A DNA stretch of 64,000 nucleotides from the human T2T-CHM13v2.0 reference genome, Homo sapiens (GCF_009914755.1 NC_060933.1); one strand, 5' to 3'. Counted from the first letter of the stretch, positions 1-15,904 are shown. The notes: generated from the letters alone by a model not told the origin. Numbers and translations are program-made.

Positions 1-37
1 GGGACTACGGGCACATACCACCACACCTGGCTAATTT
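1..37 (-). mobile_element. Alu right-arm remnant, split by the L1PB insertion
   Basis: gggactac...ccaccacacctggctaattt. Confidence 0.7.
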
Positions 38-371
38 ATTTTATTTTATTTTATTGTTTTATTTTTCCATAAGTTATTGGGGTACAGATGGTATTTGGTT
101 ACATGAGTAAGTTGTTTAGTGGTGATTTGTGAGATTTTGGTGTACCCATCACCCAAGCAGTATACACTGCACCCTATTTGTTGTCTTTTATCCCTCACCC
201 CACTCCCACTCTTCCCTTCAAGTCCCCAAAGTCCATTGTATCATTCTTATGCCCTTGCGTCCTCATAGCTTAGCTCCCACATATCAGTGAGAACATTCGA
301 TGTTTGGTTTTCCATTCCTGAGTAACTTCACTTAGAATAATAGTCTCCAATCTCATCCAGGTCATCCATGG

Positions 372-446
372 TGTGTGTATATATATATAATGGAATACTA
401 TGGAGCCATAAAAAGGAATGAGTTAACAGCATTTGTTATATATATG

Positions 447-478
<32 letters not shown>

Positions 479-711
479 GATATATATATGTGTGATATAT
501 ATGTGTGTGTATATATGTGATATATATGTGTATATATATGATATGATAGATCTATCATATATGTGATATTATAGGTCTATCATATATGTGATATGATAGA
601 TCTATCATATATGTGTTATGATAGATCTATCATATATATGTGATATGATAGATCTATCATATATATGTGATATGATAGATCTATCATATATATGTGATAT
701 GATAGATCTAT

Positions 712-741
<30 letters not shown>
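372..741. repeat. (TA)n/(TG)n/(CA)n microsatellite block containing a 7-copy 25-27 bp minisatellite (about 539-717)
   Basis: Unit tgatatgatagatctatcatata(ta)tg read directly. Confidence 0.95.
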
Positions 742-742
<1 letters not shown>

Positions 743-2714
743 CCCACAGTTTCTTTATCCACTTGTTGATTGATGGGCATTTGGGTTGGTTCCATGATTT
801 TGCAACTGTGAATTGTGCTGCTATAAACATGCATGTCTAAGTATCTTTTTCGAATAATGATTTATTTTCCTCTGGGTAGATACCCAGTAGTGGGACTGCT
901 GGATCAACTGGTGGTTCTACTTTTAGTTCTTTAAGGAATCTCTACACTGTTTCCCATAGTGGCTGTACTAGTTTTCATTCCCACCAGCAGTGTAGAAGTG
1001 TTCCCTGTTCACCGCATCCATGCCAACATCTACTGTTTTTTGATTTTTTTATTATGGCCATTCTTGTAGGAGTAAGGTGGTATCACATTGTGGTTTTGAT
1101 TTGCATTTCTCTGATTATTAGTGATGTTGAGCGTTTTTTCATATGTTTGTTGGCCATTTGTGTATCTTCTTTTGAAAATTGTCTATTCGTGTCATTAGCC
1201 CACTTTTTGATAGGATTGTTTTTTTCTTACTGATTTGTTTGAGTTCGTTGTAGATTCTGGTTATTAGTGCTTTGTCAGATGTATAGATTGTGAGGATTTT
1301 CTCCCACTCTGTGGGTTGTCTGTTTACTCTGCTGACTGTTCCTTTTGCCGTGCAAAAGCTCTTTAATTAGGTCCCAGCTATTGATCTTTGTTTTTATTGC
1401 ATTTGCTTTTGGGTTCTTGGTCATGAAATCCTTGCCTAGGCCAATGTCTATTTATTTATTTTATTTTTTCCTCTTTTTTTTCTTTTTCTTTTTATTATTT
1501 TTCTTTTTTTTAAGCCAATGTCTAGAAGGGTTTTCCCAATGTTATCTTCTAGAATTTTTATAGTTTCACGTCTTAGGTTTAAGTCTTTAATCCATCTTGA
1601 GTTGATTTTTGTATAAAATGAGAGATGATGATCCAGTTTTATTCTCCTACACGTGGCTAGCCAATTATCTCAGCACCATTTGTTGAAAAGGTTGTCCTTT
1701 CCCCACTTTATGTTTTTGTTTGCTTTGTCGAAGATCAGTTGGCTGTAAGTATTTGGGTTTATTTCTGGGTTGTCTATTCTGTTCCATTGGTCTATATGCC
1801 TATTTTTATACCAGTATTATGCTGTTTTGGTGACTGTGGCCTTATAGTTTGAAATTAGGTTGTGTGATGTCTCCAGATTTGTTCTTTTTGCTTAGTCTTG
1901 CTTTGGCTATGCGGGCTCTTTTTTGGTTACATATGAATTTTAGAATTGTTTTTTCTAATTCTGTGAAAAAGGATGGTGGTATTTTGGTGGGGATTGCGTT
2001 GAATTTGTAGATTGCTTTTGGCAGTATGATCATTTCCACAATATTGATTCTACCCATCCATGAGCATGGGATGTGTTTCCATTTCTTTGTGTCATCTATG
2101 ATTTCTTTCAGCAGTGTTTTGTAGTTTTCCTTGTAGAGGTCTTTCGACTCCTTGGTTAGGTATATTCCTAAATATTTTATTTATTTATTTATTTTTGCAG
2201 TTATTGTAAAAGGGATTGAGTTCTTGATTTAATTCTCCACCTGGTCCCTGTTAGTGTATAGAAGAGCTACTGATTTGTATACATTAATCTTGTTTCTGGA
2301 AACTTTGCTAAATTCTTTGATCAGTTCTAGGAGCTTTCTGGAGGAGTCCTTAGGGTTTTCAAGGTAAACGATCATATTGTCAGCAAACAGTGACAGTTTG
2401 ACTTTCTCTTTACTGATTTGGATGCCCTTTATTTCTCTTGCCTGATTGCTCTGGCTAGGACTTCCAGTACTGTGTTGAAGAGGAGTAGTGAGAGTGGGCA
2501 TCCTTGTCTCATTCCAGTTCTCAGAATGCTTTCAACTTTTCCCCATTCAGTATTATGTTGGCTGTGGGTTTGTCGTAGATGGCTTTTATTACATTAAGGT
2601 ATTTCCCTTGTGTGCCGATTTTGTTGAGAGTTTTAATCGTAAAGCGATGCTGGATTTTGTTGAATGTTTATTCTGCATCTATTAAGATTATCATGTGATT
2701 TTTGTTTTTAATTC

Positions 2715-3004
<290 letters not shown>

Positions 3005-3146
3005 TGCTTTTACCTTTAATTCTGCTTATGTGGTGTATCACGTTTATTGACCTGCATATGTTAAACCATCCCTGCATCCCTGGTATGAAACCCACTTGAT
3101 CATGGTGGATTATCTTTTTGATATGTTGTTGGATTCTATTAGCTAG

Positions 3147-3461
<315 letters not shown>

Positions 3462-3526
3462 TTCAGTTAGCTAGTATTTTGTTATGGATTTTAGTATCTA
3501 TGTCCATCAAGGATATCGGTCTGTAT

Positions 3527-3529
3527 TGT

Positions 3530-3571
<42 letters not shown>
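3527..3571. repeat. (GTT)n microsatellite
   Basis: Read directly. Confidence 0.95.
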
Positions 3572-3572
<1 letters not shown>

Positions 3573-3742
3573 GTCCTTTCCTGGTTTTGGTATTAAGGTG
3601 ATGCTGGCTTCATAGAATGAGTTAGGGAGGGTTCCTTCTTTCTCTATCTTACAGAATAGTGTCAAAACGATTGGTATCAATTCTTCTTTGAATGTCTGGT
3701 AGAATTCTGCTGTGAATCCGTCTGGTCTTGGACTTTTTTTTG

Positions 3743-3746
<4 letters not shown>

Positions 3747-3781
<35 letters not shown>

Positions 3782-4061
3782 TGGAGTTTCGCTCTTGTTG
3801 TCCAAGCTGGAGTACAATGGCGTGATCTCAGCTCACCACACCTCTGCCTCCCAGGTTCAAGCGATTCTCCTGCCTCAACCTCCCGAGTAGCTGGGATTAC
3901 AGATGCATACCACCATGTCTGGCTGATTTTTTTGTATTTTCAGTAGAAACGGGATTTCACCATGTTAGCCAGGCTGTTCTCGAACTCCTGAACTCAGGTG
4001 ATCCACCCGTCTCAGCCTCCCAAAGTGCTGGGATTACAGGTATGAACCACTGCGCCTGGCC
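3747..4061 (-). mobile_element. AluS nested in L1PB
   Basis: Dimeric Alu with a long pure T tail. Confidence 0.93.
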
Positions 4062-6116
4062 AGTAATTTTTTAATTACTATTTCAGTCTTGCTGTTTGTT
4101 ATTGGTCTGTTCAGGTTATCTAATTCTTCCTGATTTATTTACAAGCTAGGAAGATTGTATTTTTCCAGGAACTTATTCATCTCTTCTAGGTTTTCTATTG
4201 TATGTGTGTATAGGTGTTCATAGTAGCCTTGAATGATCTTTTGTATTTCAGTGGTGTCAGTTGTAATATCTCCTGTTTTGTTTCTTAGTGAAGTTATTTG
4301 GATTTTCTCTCTTCTTTTCATCATTAATCTTGCTAATGGTCTATCAATTTTATTTATCTTTTCAAAGAAGCAGATTTTTGTTTCATTTATCATTTGTATT
4401 TTTTTGTTGTTGTTTCAATTTCATTTAATTCTGCTCTAATCTTGGTTATTTCCTTTCTTCTGCTGGGTCTGTGTTTCGTTTGTTCTTGTTTCTCTAGTTC
4501 CTTGAGTTGTGACCTTAGATTGTCTGTGCTCTTTCAGACTTTTTGATGTGGGCGTTTAGGGCTATGAACTTTCCTCTTAGCACCACTTTGCTATATCCCA
4601 GAGGTTTGATAGGTTGTGTCATTATTGTCATCTGGTTCAAATAATTTTTTAATTTCCATCTTGATTTCATTTTTGACCTAATGCTCATTCAGGAGCAGGT
4701 TATTTAATTTCCATGTATTTACATGGTTTTGAAGTTTCCTTTTGGAATTGATTTCCAGTTTTATTCCACTGTGGTCTGAGAGAGTGTTGGATATAATTTC
4801 AATTTTTTTAAATTTATTGAGACTCATTTTATGGCCTATCATATGGTCTATCTTGGAGAAAGTTCCATGTGCTCTTGAATAGAATGTGTATTCTGCAGTT
4901 GTTGGGTGAAATGTTCTGTATATATATCTGTTAATCCATTTGTTCCAAGGTATTGTAACAAGTATGGAAATTCCCCACTATTATTGTGTTGCTGTCTGTC
5001 TCATTTCTTAGGTCTATTAATAATTGTTTTATAAATTTGGGAGCACCAGTGTTAGGTGCAAATATGTTTAGAATTGTGATATTTTCCTGTTGGACAAGGC
5101 CTTTTACCATTATATAATGTCCCTCCTTGTCTCTTTTAACTGCTATTGCTTTAAAGTTTGTTTTGTCTGATATAAGAATAGCTACCCCTGCTCACTTTTG
5201 GTGTCTATTTGCATGAAATGCCTTTTTCTACCCCTTTACTTTAAGTGTATGTGAGTCCTTATGTGTTAAGTGAGTCTCCTGAAGGCAGCGGATAGTTGGT
5301 TAGTGAGTCCTTATCTACTCTGCTGTTGTGTATCTTTTAAGTGGAGCACTTAGGCCATTTACAGTTGCATCCATCCTGCTCTTTGTTGCCTGTGTACTTT
5401 GTGGGTTTTTTTGTTTTTTGCTTTTGCTTTTTAGCTTGTATTTTTGTTTTATAGGTCCTGTGTGATTTATGCTTTAAAGAGGTTCTATTGTCATGTATTT
5501 CCAGGATTTGTTTCAAGATTTAGAGTTTCTTTTAGCAGTTCTTGTAGTGGTGGCTTAGTAGTGGCGAATTCTCTCAGCATTTGTTTGTCTGAAAACGACT
5601 ATATCTTTCCTTCACATGATGCTGAGTTTCGCTGAATACAAAATTATTGGCTGATAATTGTTTTGTTTGAGGAGTAGGGTCCCAATCCCTTCTAGCTTAT
5701 AGGGTTTCTGCTGAGAAATCTGCTGTTAATCTGATAGGTTTTCCTTTGTAGGTTACCTGGTGCTTCTGTCTCACAGCTCTTAGGATTCTTTCCTTCATCT
5801 TAACTTTGGATAACCTGATGACAGTGTGCCTAGGCAAAGATCATTTTGCGATGAATTTCCCAGGTGTTCTTTGTGCTTCTTGTATTTGGATGTCTGGCTC
5901 TCTAGCTAGGCTGGGGAAGTTTTCCTCAATTATTCCCCCAAATATGTTTTTCAAGCTTTTAGAATTCTCTTCTTCCTCAGGAACACCAATTATTCTTAGG
6001 TTTGGTCGTTTAACATAATCCCAGACTTCTTGGAGGCTTTGTTCTTATTTTCTTATTCTTTTTTCTCTGTCTTTGTTGGACTGGGTTAATTCAAAGACCT
6101 TGTCTTTGAGCTCTGA

Positions 6117-6475
<359 letters not shown>

Positions 6476-8189
6476 TGCATTTCGCATTTCTAAAAGTGTG
6501 TCCAAAGTTTCCTGAGTTTTTTATTGTTTTTTTCTTTAAGCTATCTATTTCATTGAATATTTCTCCCTTCACTTCTTGTATCATTTTTTTGGATTTCCTT
6601 GCTTTGGGCTTTGCCTTTCTCTGGTCCCTCCCTGATTAGCTTAATAACTAAGCTCCTGAATTCTTTTTCAGATAAATCACAGATTTCTTCTTAGTTTGGA
6701 TCCATTGCTGGTGAACTAATGTGATTTTTGGGGGATGCTGAAGAGCCTTGTTTTGTCATATTACCAGGGTTGGTTTTCTGGTTCCTTCTCATTTAGGTAG
6801 GTTCTATCAGAGGGAAGGTCTAGGGCTGAAGGCTGTTATTCAGATTCTTTTGTCCCATGGGGTGTTCCCTTGATGTAGTACTCTCCTCCTTTTCCTATGG
6901 ATGTGGCTTCCTGTGAGCCAAACTACAGTGATTATTGTCTTTCTTCTGGGCCTAGCCACCCAGTGAGTCTGCCCGGCTCTGGGCTGGTACTGGGGTTGTC
7001 TGTACAGAGTCTTGTGATGTGAACCATCTATGGGTCTCTCAGCCGTGGATACCAGTGCCTATTCTGGTGGAGGTGGCAGAGGGTGCAATGGACACCATGA
7101 GGGTCCTTAGCTTTGGTGATTTAATTATCTATTTTTGTGCTGGTTGGCCTCCTGTCAAGAGGTGATGCTTCCTGGAAGGCATCAGCTGTAGTAGAGTGGA
7201 AAGGGACCAGCAGTAGGCGGGGTCCTAGAATTCCCAAGACTATAGGCCCTTTGTCTTCAGCTACCAGGGTGGATAGGAAAGGACCATCAGGTGGGGACAG
7301 GGCTAGGTGTGTTTGAGCTCTCCTTGGGTGGGTCTTGCTGCGGCTGCTGTGGGGGATGGGGTGAGATTCCCAGGTCACTGGAGTTGTATACCTAGGAGGA
7401 TTATGGCTTCCTCTGCTGAGTCATGCAGGTTGTCAGGGAAGTTGGGGAAAGCCGGCAGTCACAGGCCTCACCCAGTTCCCACGCAAACTGCAAACTGAAG
7501 GGCAGTTCCCCCGCCACCCAACAGCCCCAAGTCTGTTTCCAAGCAGAGGGCAAGAGGGGCTTGAAAACTTACCCGAGGCTGTCCACCTCCCAGCTGCCAA
7601 AGAAAAGGGCTCTTCCCCCGCCTCTGAAGTCTGCACACTGGATTCGCGCCCTCCCCCAGTTCTGGCCAGGAGGCTTCTTGTCCCGTTCAAATTGTTACAA
7701 AGTTCGGCTAGAGAATTCATTCTCCCTGTGGAGTTTTACCCCTGCTCCTCTGGCCGCCCTCCCGATGGATCCCTGTGGTGTCAGGCAGGAATGGGCTGCT
7801 TGGGGACCCAACGAGCTCCCAGGGCTTTTCTGCTGCTTCCTCTACCCCTGTATTTCACTGGGCTCTCTAACTTGACTCAGCTCCGGGTAAAATCGGAAAC
7901 TTCTCCCGCAAACAGACCTTCAGCTTCTCCAGTGGGGGTGTGTGTTTAGGAGAGACGGGTCTCCCTTTCCCACTTCCGCAATTGGGGCACTCACAGTAGT
8001 TGGGGTGCCTCCCAGGTCCTGCAGGAGCAGTCCATTTCCCTCAGAGGGTCTGTGGGTCCTCTTGGGATTGCCAATTTATTCTTGCAGTCGATCTGGAGCT
8101 AGAATTCACAATGCAGGCCTCCAGATGATGGTCTCTCTGGAGCTATAATCTAGTCCTGCCTCCTGTCTGCCATGATCCCCTCCATCTCT

Positions 8190-8358
<169 letters not shown>

Positions 8359-8415
8359 TGATGAAATAAGGGAAGCTCTACCTTAGATGTAACACAAATC
8401 AAGGAAACCAGTCTG

Positions 8416-8700
8416 GGCCTGGTGCAATGGCTTATGCCTGTAATCCCAGCACTTTGGAAGGCCAAAGCACAAGGATCGCTTGAGCAACAAAGCAAGACCC
8501 CATCTCTGCAAAACATTTAGAAATTAGCTGGGCAAGGTGGCACATAACTATAGTCCCTGCTACTTGGGAGGCTGAGGTGGGAGGATCAATCACTTGAGCC
8601 CAGGAGTTCAAGGCTGCAGCGAGCTATGATTGTACCATTGCACTCCAGTCTGGGTGACACAGCCAGACCCTGTCTCTAAAAGAAATGAAACAAAATGCAA
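8416..8700 (+). mobile_element. AluJ with a small left-arm deletion
   Basis: Alu match; J-type ttgagcccaggagttcaaggctgcag. Confidence 0.88.
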
Positions 8701-10339
8701 GAAAACAGAAAAACGTAATCCGTCATAGTCTAGTTTGGAAGAAACAAAAAACAAACTAGATAAACATGTGAGTGGCTAGTAGGTTCTCATATCATGACTG
8801 AAGAAAGCATCATCATGAACTTGTCCATTACAGCAAAAGATCATATATCAGCATTAAAGGATGAGAAACTTAGTCACGAATCCCTTGGTGTTGCATCATG
8901 AAGTTTGCCATCTAGTCTTGGGTATGAACCCGTACCTCCCCAGTTTCCATCCTTTTGGACATGACCCAAAGCTGATTGCAAAGTCTTAATTAGACTAAAC
9001 TATCTAGCATTACATTAGAGCCCAAGTGTTCAGTGGTGGACAGCGACTATGTCCAGGTTGGGTCACAGTGGAGCCTGTCTGACAGCACCCTTGAATCAGG
9101 AGCATGGCAGTTTATATAATCTTAATCTGTTCTTAGCCTACTTAAGCATCCATCAGCCAAAAATAATCTTCCTACATCCTGTTTGGCTGTCCTCAAACTG
9201 CTTTTATTCCTTCATCCCATTCTCTACTCCATTTCTTTAAAAAGTAATCTACAGGACATGCCTCCATGTATTCACCTTCCATTTATTCCTTATTCTTATT
9301 CTACCACCGTTCTGCTTCCGCATTTATGGCTCTCAGAAAACTGCAGTCTCAAAAGTCGCAGTGGCTCCAAACCTATCTATGCAGCTTTCCTTTTTCTTGT
9401 CTTTTTTTTTTTTTTTTTTTTAAATTGGTTACCCAATTCTTGGAAGTCAATCTGCTCTTCTACTTTTCTGACTTTTTTTCTCAGTACCTCTTACTGGTTC
9501 CCCTCCACCATGACCTTTGTCCATGTCTTAAAGTTGATACTCACCTAGTTTCCTCCTGGCCCTCTTCTCTTACCATTCTTGCTCTCCCTCATGATCTGCT
9601 TCATTCATTAAGTAAGCATAAATTAGCACCTCCATTAATCACATTGCTTTAATATATGCTAATGAGTTACATACCTGTTTTAAGTTCTGAGCTCTTTCCT
9701 GAGCTTCATACACAGCTTAAATTGCCAGCTTCCATTTGGTCACCTTGGCTTTGATTTCTCCCAAGCACTGCCTCAGCACATCTATAAGAACAAGACAAAC
9801 TACCATCCCTGTTCCTCCCGCAATCCCCCAAACTTGTTATTCCTTTAATATCCCTTATTGTAGATAATTCATGGAACTGCAGAAATGGAAGATTTACCTA
9901 ACAATTGGTTTTAGGTCTCGGTTTTAACATTTAGCTTTTTATAAGTTTGGGCTTGGATGGATATAGTGAGTTTATATTATGTCCCTACAGCAGGAAATTG
10001 TTTTTGCATGTCTAAACCAACCTGTTTTAACACTTGTAATATTCTGGCAAGAGTTCAGGAAGAGTTTAAATTACAGCAGAAACTTTGTACAAAGAAAACC
10101 ACATTTGGCATTTATAGTTTAATTTGTCTTCATAAAAACTACATTGAGTCATTTTTTACCATAAGGGTGTACATTCAAAGCTTATGTTATTCAGCATTGG
10201 AGTAGTTTTGTAGAGTTTCAAAGTAACCTAAGAGTAGACATTTTTGGTATGCTTACTGGCAGAATCAAATTCTTACCTGTTCCTGCATACAGTATACCTG
10301 ACAGATGATAGGGAGAGCCAGATGGGAGAGAAACAAAGA

Positions 10340-10530
10340 AGCCAATATGAATGAGCACCTACTGGCTGCCAGATGCCTGGTTCTTTGCTAGGCACTGTAC
10401 ACGTGTAATCTCAAGAAATTCTTCAACCCAATGATGTGTGCTATTATCCTCCAGTTTACAGAGGAGGAAAACTGAAGTGTCACAGAAGCTAAATGACTTT
10501 TCAGGCTAAGTGAAAAGTCACTGGTCAGCA
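10340..10530 (-). mobile_element. MIR/L2 relic
   Basis: attatcctccagtttacagaggaggaaaactgaag core-like motif. Confidence 0.6.
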
Positions 10531-10724
10531 CTTCATTCCTCCACAACAGACACTGAAAGACATGTATTCAGAAGCCTTTAAGACAAAAACTAGATGGCTT
10601 CAATGCCTGAATTTGGTAACAGATCACCGTGAAGGAGTGAGAACTGGAGTTCAAATCTCAGCTAGGCCACTTGCCTCACAGTGAGGATTGCATAAGTCAC
10701 ATTTCCCTTCTGGAACTCAGTTTT

Positions 10725-11101
<377 letters not shown>

Positions 11102-12279
11102 TAGGGTGTGGTGTCCTGGGTTTGGGAAGCAGGCAGCCACAGCCACAGCCTCCAGAACAGTTCTTTTCCCTACAATTTTCCTTCTGCAAACCCTGAAACC
11201 CATGCTTAGCGTGAGGTTTGTGAGAAAATTACACAAATGGTAGTTTTACCATTTGCTGGGAATGGGGATTCTTTTCCACTGATATACTGTCTGAAGGAGA
11301 TGGCTGTAAACCAGAGTGACCACAATATTTACAAAAGTATTTAATGAAAAAGACGACTTTGGCAACCGATGTAACCCATCACTTATGGGGGGGATAAAGA
11401 GAAGTTCACTTGAGGTTTAATAAATCAAAACATAGTGTTTGTCCACAGCCTCATTTTTTCCCCATTACTGGAAGATGATATCATCATTTTCATTTCCATT
11501 AGAATCTTTTAGTGTCCAGGGGGATGAAAAATTAATATTAGCTGTTTTTATTGTGCTGTTTTTATTTTTAAAGAGAATTTTAGTTTTAATTCTGACAGAT
11601 ATGTGAATGGGGCTTTCAAACTGTACCCAAGGATTCATGGCATTTTTATAAGAATTGTATTGTGGAAATGACTGACTTTTCTTTTATGTGTACAAGGATT
11701 ATTCTTTTAAAGCCTCAAGTCTCCACTTTTTGGTAGCCTGCTCTTTTCCTCAATCCCTGACTTAAATATCATGCCTTCCAAGAAGCATTCTCCAGCTTCA
11801 CGGTGCTCCCATAGCACCCCACTTACCCTGCTACACCAGGACTCATTTCTCTCTGCTTTACGTTATGAATGGCAGTTACCATCTGTTTTCCCCAAACAGT
11901 ACATAAATTCTTTGAGGATTTACACATATGTGTATCAGTGTATCATTTTTATTGAGTGCATCTTGAGTGTAATAATAAAGCATAGCTCTTACAGTCTATT
12001 AGAGTCAATAGTCTATACGAAGGGATCAAATTACTGTCTCTGTGTAAAACAGTGTGATCATTTCTGTGATTGCAGAAATGTGAAGTTATTTTGGAAATCT
12101 ATAGGAGAGTACACATCTAGAGTTTTTAAAGAATTAGCAAATGGTTTAGCAGCATTTAACACAGATGATCTTTCTTCAAACACTCAATTATTTTGTTTTT
12201 TACCAAAAGAATTGGTGAGAGTGAGAGAAACTCCCTCTCTCTTGTGTCTCCCTTCTTAATCTCTTTGGCTGGTTCCTCA

Positions 12280-12337
12280 TCCTCCCTCCCCCTCTTCCTC
12301 CCCCCTCCCTACCCCTCTTCCTCCTCCTCCTCCTCCC
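12280..12337. repeat. C/T-rich polypyrimidine low-complexity tract
   Basis: cctccctccccctcttcctc...(cct)n. Confidence 0.85.
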
Positions 12338-12633
12338 AAAGTGGGGTGGTGTGAACATGATTGTGAGGCTGGAGGGTTGAGTGCAGGAAAGAAGTGGCCA
12401 GATCACAACAGGCTTTGGAAATGACAGTGAAGGTCTGGGACCCAAAGGCTACAGGGGAGGAACATAACCAGGTCTGCATGGTGAGGGGGGAATTATTTCT
12501 TTGTGTATTTATTTACTTAGCCAGTTACATAGCAACAGGTCTGCATTTTGGAAAAATCACTGATTGTAATGTGGTGTATGAAGTGAATGTAAGGATCAAG
12601 TCTACAGGGCATCATTTAAAGGTTACTGCATTT

Positions 12634-12940
<307 letters not shown>

Positions 12941-13723
12941 TTACTGTAGTAATCTAATAGAAAGATATTTCTTTACTAAGGTAGGGGGAATTCAAGATAT
13001 CATTAGGAGGTAAAATCAACAGGACTTAAGATTTAGTTGGATGTAGGGAAAAGGAAGGAAGAGTAATCAAATATGAAGCCCAGGTTTTTGGCATGAGCAA
13101 ATGCATGATAGGATAGCTATTTCCTGAGGTAAACACAGGTTTATGGAGAAAGATAATATAATCCATTCTGTGGATCAAAAGAGAAACCTGAGCTAGAGAT
13201 ATAAGATCCCTCAGTATGTGTGAATGGTACTGAAGCCACAAAACTGAATGAGATCATAGACCATGATTTATAACCAGGCCATCTGGCAAGGTTTACAGAA
13301 ATTACAGGAACCAAAATAAGAGAATTTTAAAACTCTCCAAAATAAGCACTTTCACACATTGTTGATAGAAATGTGAATTGATAGACTCTTTATGTAGGTC
13401 ATTTTATCAGCCTTTACTAAATGTTAAGCCATTCTACTTCTAGGAATCTGCCCTACGAAAATGTTTGTAGAAATGTACAAAAATCTCTTACATGGGTATT
13501 CATTTGTAGTGTATAAAGTAGTTAAAAAAATTACAAATAACCCAAATGATTATCAATAGAAGATTGGTTAAATCACAATATATTAGAGGATTCTGGGGAG
13601 ATGGCAGAGTAGGCAGCACCAGGAATCTATCTCCCTACCTCAACAACAATTGCATTGGCAGAATCTATCTGATGTAACTATTTTGGAACTCTGGAGTCTA
13701 TTCAACTCTTGCAGCTTCTACAG

Positions 13724-13820
13724 TAGGGGTGTCCAGTGTTTTGGCTTCCCTGAGTCACATTGGAAGAAGAACTGTCTTGGGCCACACATAAAATACACTA
13801 ACACTATGATAGCTGATGAG

Positions 13821-13861
<41 letters not shown>

Positions 13862-13955
13862 ATGTTTTAAGAACGTTTACGAATTTTGTGTTGGGCCTCA
13901 TTCAAAGTCATCCTGGGCTGCATGCAGCCCACAGGCCATGGGTTAGACAAGCTTG
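13724..13955 (+). mobile_element. MER30 (hAT-Charlie DNA transposon) with expanded internal poly-A
   Basis: Ends aggggtgtcc... and ...agacaagcttg; perfect 8-bp TSD ttctacag at 13716-23 and 13956-63. Confidence 0.92.
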
Positions 13956-14523
13956 TTCTACAGGAAGACTAGGTCAGTAAATTGTGGTTAATTCTGGTCA
14001 ATTTCAGCTCTTAACAAAGTAGTAGCTACCCAGCCCCAGGGCAGGCAGCTGTGCACCAGTTCCTGGAGTAAACTGCAGACAATTTTTGGGGGGCCAGCAC
14101 TATCCTTCAAATATCAGAGATTTGTGCTCTGATTGCTATTTCTGATCACAGAGATACAGACAAAGAGGTAGGTGACTACTGTTGTAACTTCCAGAGGATG
14201 TAAACGGCTAGCACCCTGTCTCCACTTTCATTTTTTTATCTTTCCCCTTTTGGGAGCCATGCATTAAAGACTAGGAGGATTCAAAAGCAACTGCATATAC
14301 AGGGACAATTAAAAAGTGACCACATATGCTCAGGGAAAGGTATTGGTCAAAATACACCTGAGAAAACCTCAAGTTTATACCTCTGGCTGATACTTGGCAC
14401 AGAGACAACCTTCAACAATCAGTAAAATAAAAATAATAATAATAAAAACAGCAAACCATAGGGAAGGAAAAGAGTCTGATTCTTAGCGTTACCATATTAT
14501 TAGATTCAAATGTCCAATTTTCA

Positions 14524-14856
<333 letters not shown>

Positions 14857-15849
14857 AAGACATACAAAGTAACATAAAAATATAGCCTTTCAAAGGAAAA
14901 AAATAAATAAACAGAAACTGTCCATGAAGAAGACCTAATGGCAGATCTACTAGTTAAAGAGTTTTAAAAACTGTCTAAAGATGCTCAAAGAACTAAAGAT
15001 CTGGAGAAAGTCAAGAAAATGATGTATGAACAAAATGGAAATAGCAACAAAGAGATATTAAATCTAAAACCAAAAAGAAATTTTGGAGCTGAGAACTACA
15101 ATAACTGAAATGAAAAATTCACTAAAGGGATTCGAAGGCAGATTTGAGCAGGTAGAAGAAATAATCAGCAAATTTGGAGATAGGGCAATGGAAATGATCA
15201 ATTCTTAGGAGCAGAAAGAAGAAAGACTGCAGAAGAATGAACAGAGCATAAGAGACTTGTGGGACACCATGAAGAGGATCAACTTATGCACTGTGGGAGT
15301 CTCAGAAGAAGACGAGAAAGAAAAAGGAACACAAAGAATATCTGAAGAATTAATGGCTGAAAACTTCCCACATTTGTTGAACAACGTGAATATAAACATC
15401 TGAGTTCAACAAACTCCAAGTAAGAAGAATTCAAAGATACACCTGTGCAAAACAGAGAAACTTGAAAGCAGCAAGAGAGAAAGCAGCACACATAAATTTC
15501 TCAGAAACTTTGGAAGGCAGAAGGCACTGGGCTGACATTTTCAAAGTGCTAAAAGGAAACAAAAGAATACAGTACCCAGCAAAAAACTCTTTCAAAAGTG
15601 AGGGAGAAATTAAGACATTCTCAGATGAACAAAAGCTGAGGGAGTATGTTACCACTACATCTGTCCTGCAAGAAATATTTAAGGGAGTTCTACAGGGTGA
15701 AATGAAAGGACCATAGACAGCAACTCAAAACAACGTGAAGAAATAAAGATCTCAATAAGGCAAATAGAGCAATTATAAAAGCTTGTATTGTAACAACTGT
15801 TTGTGATTTCACTTTTCGTTTTCAACATGATTATAAGAGACTAATACTT

Positions 15850-15904
15850 TTGTATTTTTTAAATTGACAATTATACATTTATGGGGTATACAGTTACATA
15901 AGAT

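Noticed and set aside
539-717. CRISPR-like palindromic repeat array
   Set aside because: No unique spacers and no cas genes; eukaryotic microsatellite-derived minisatellite.
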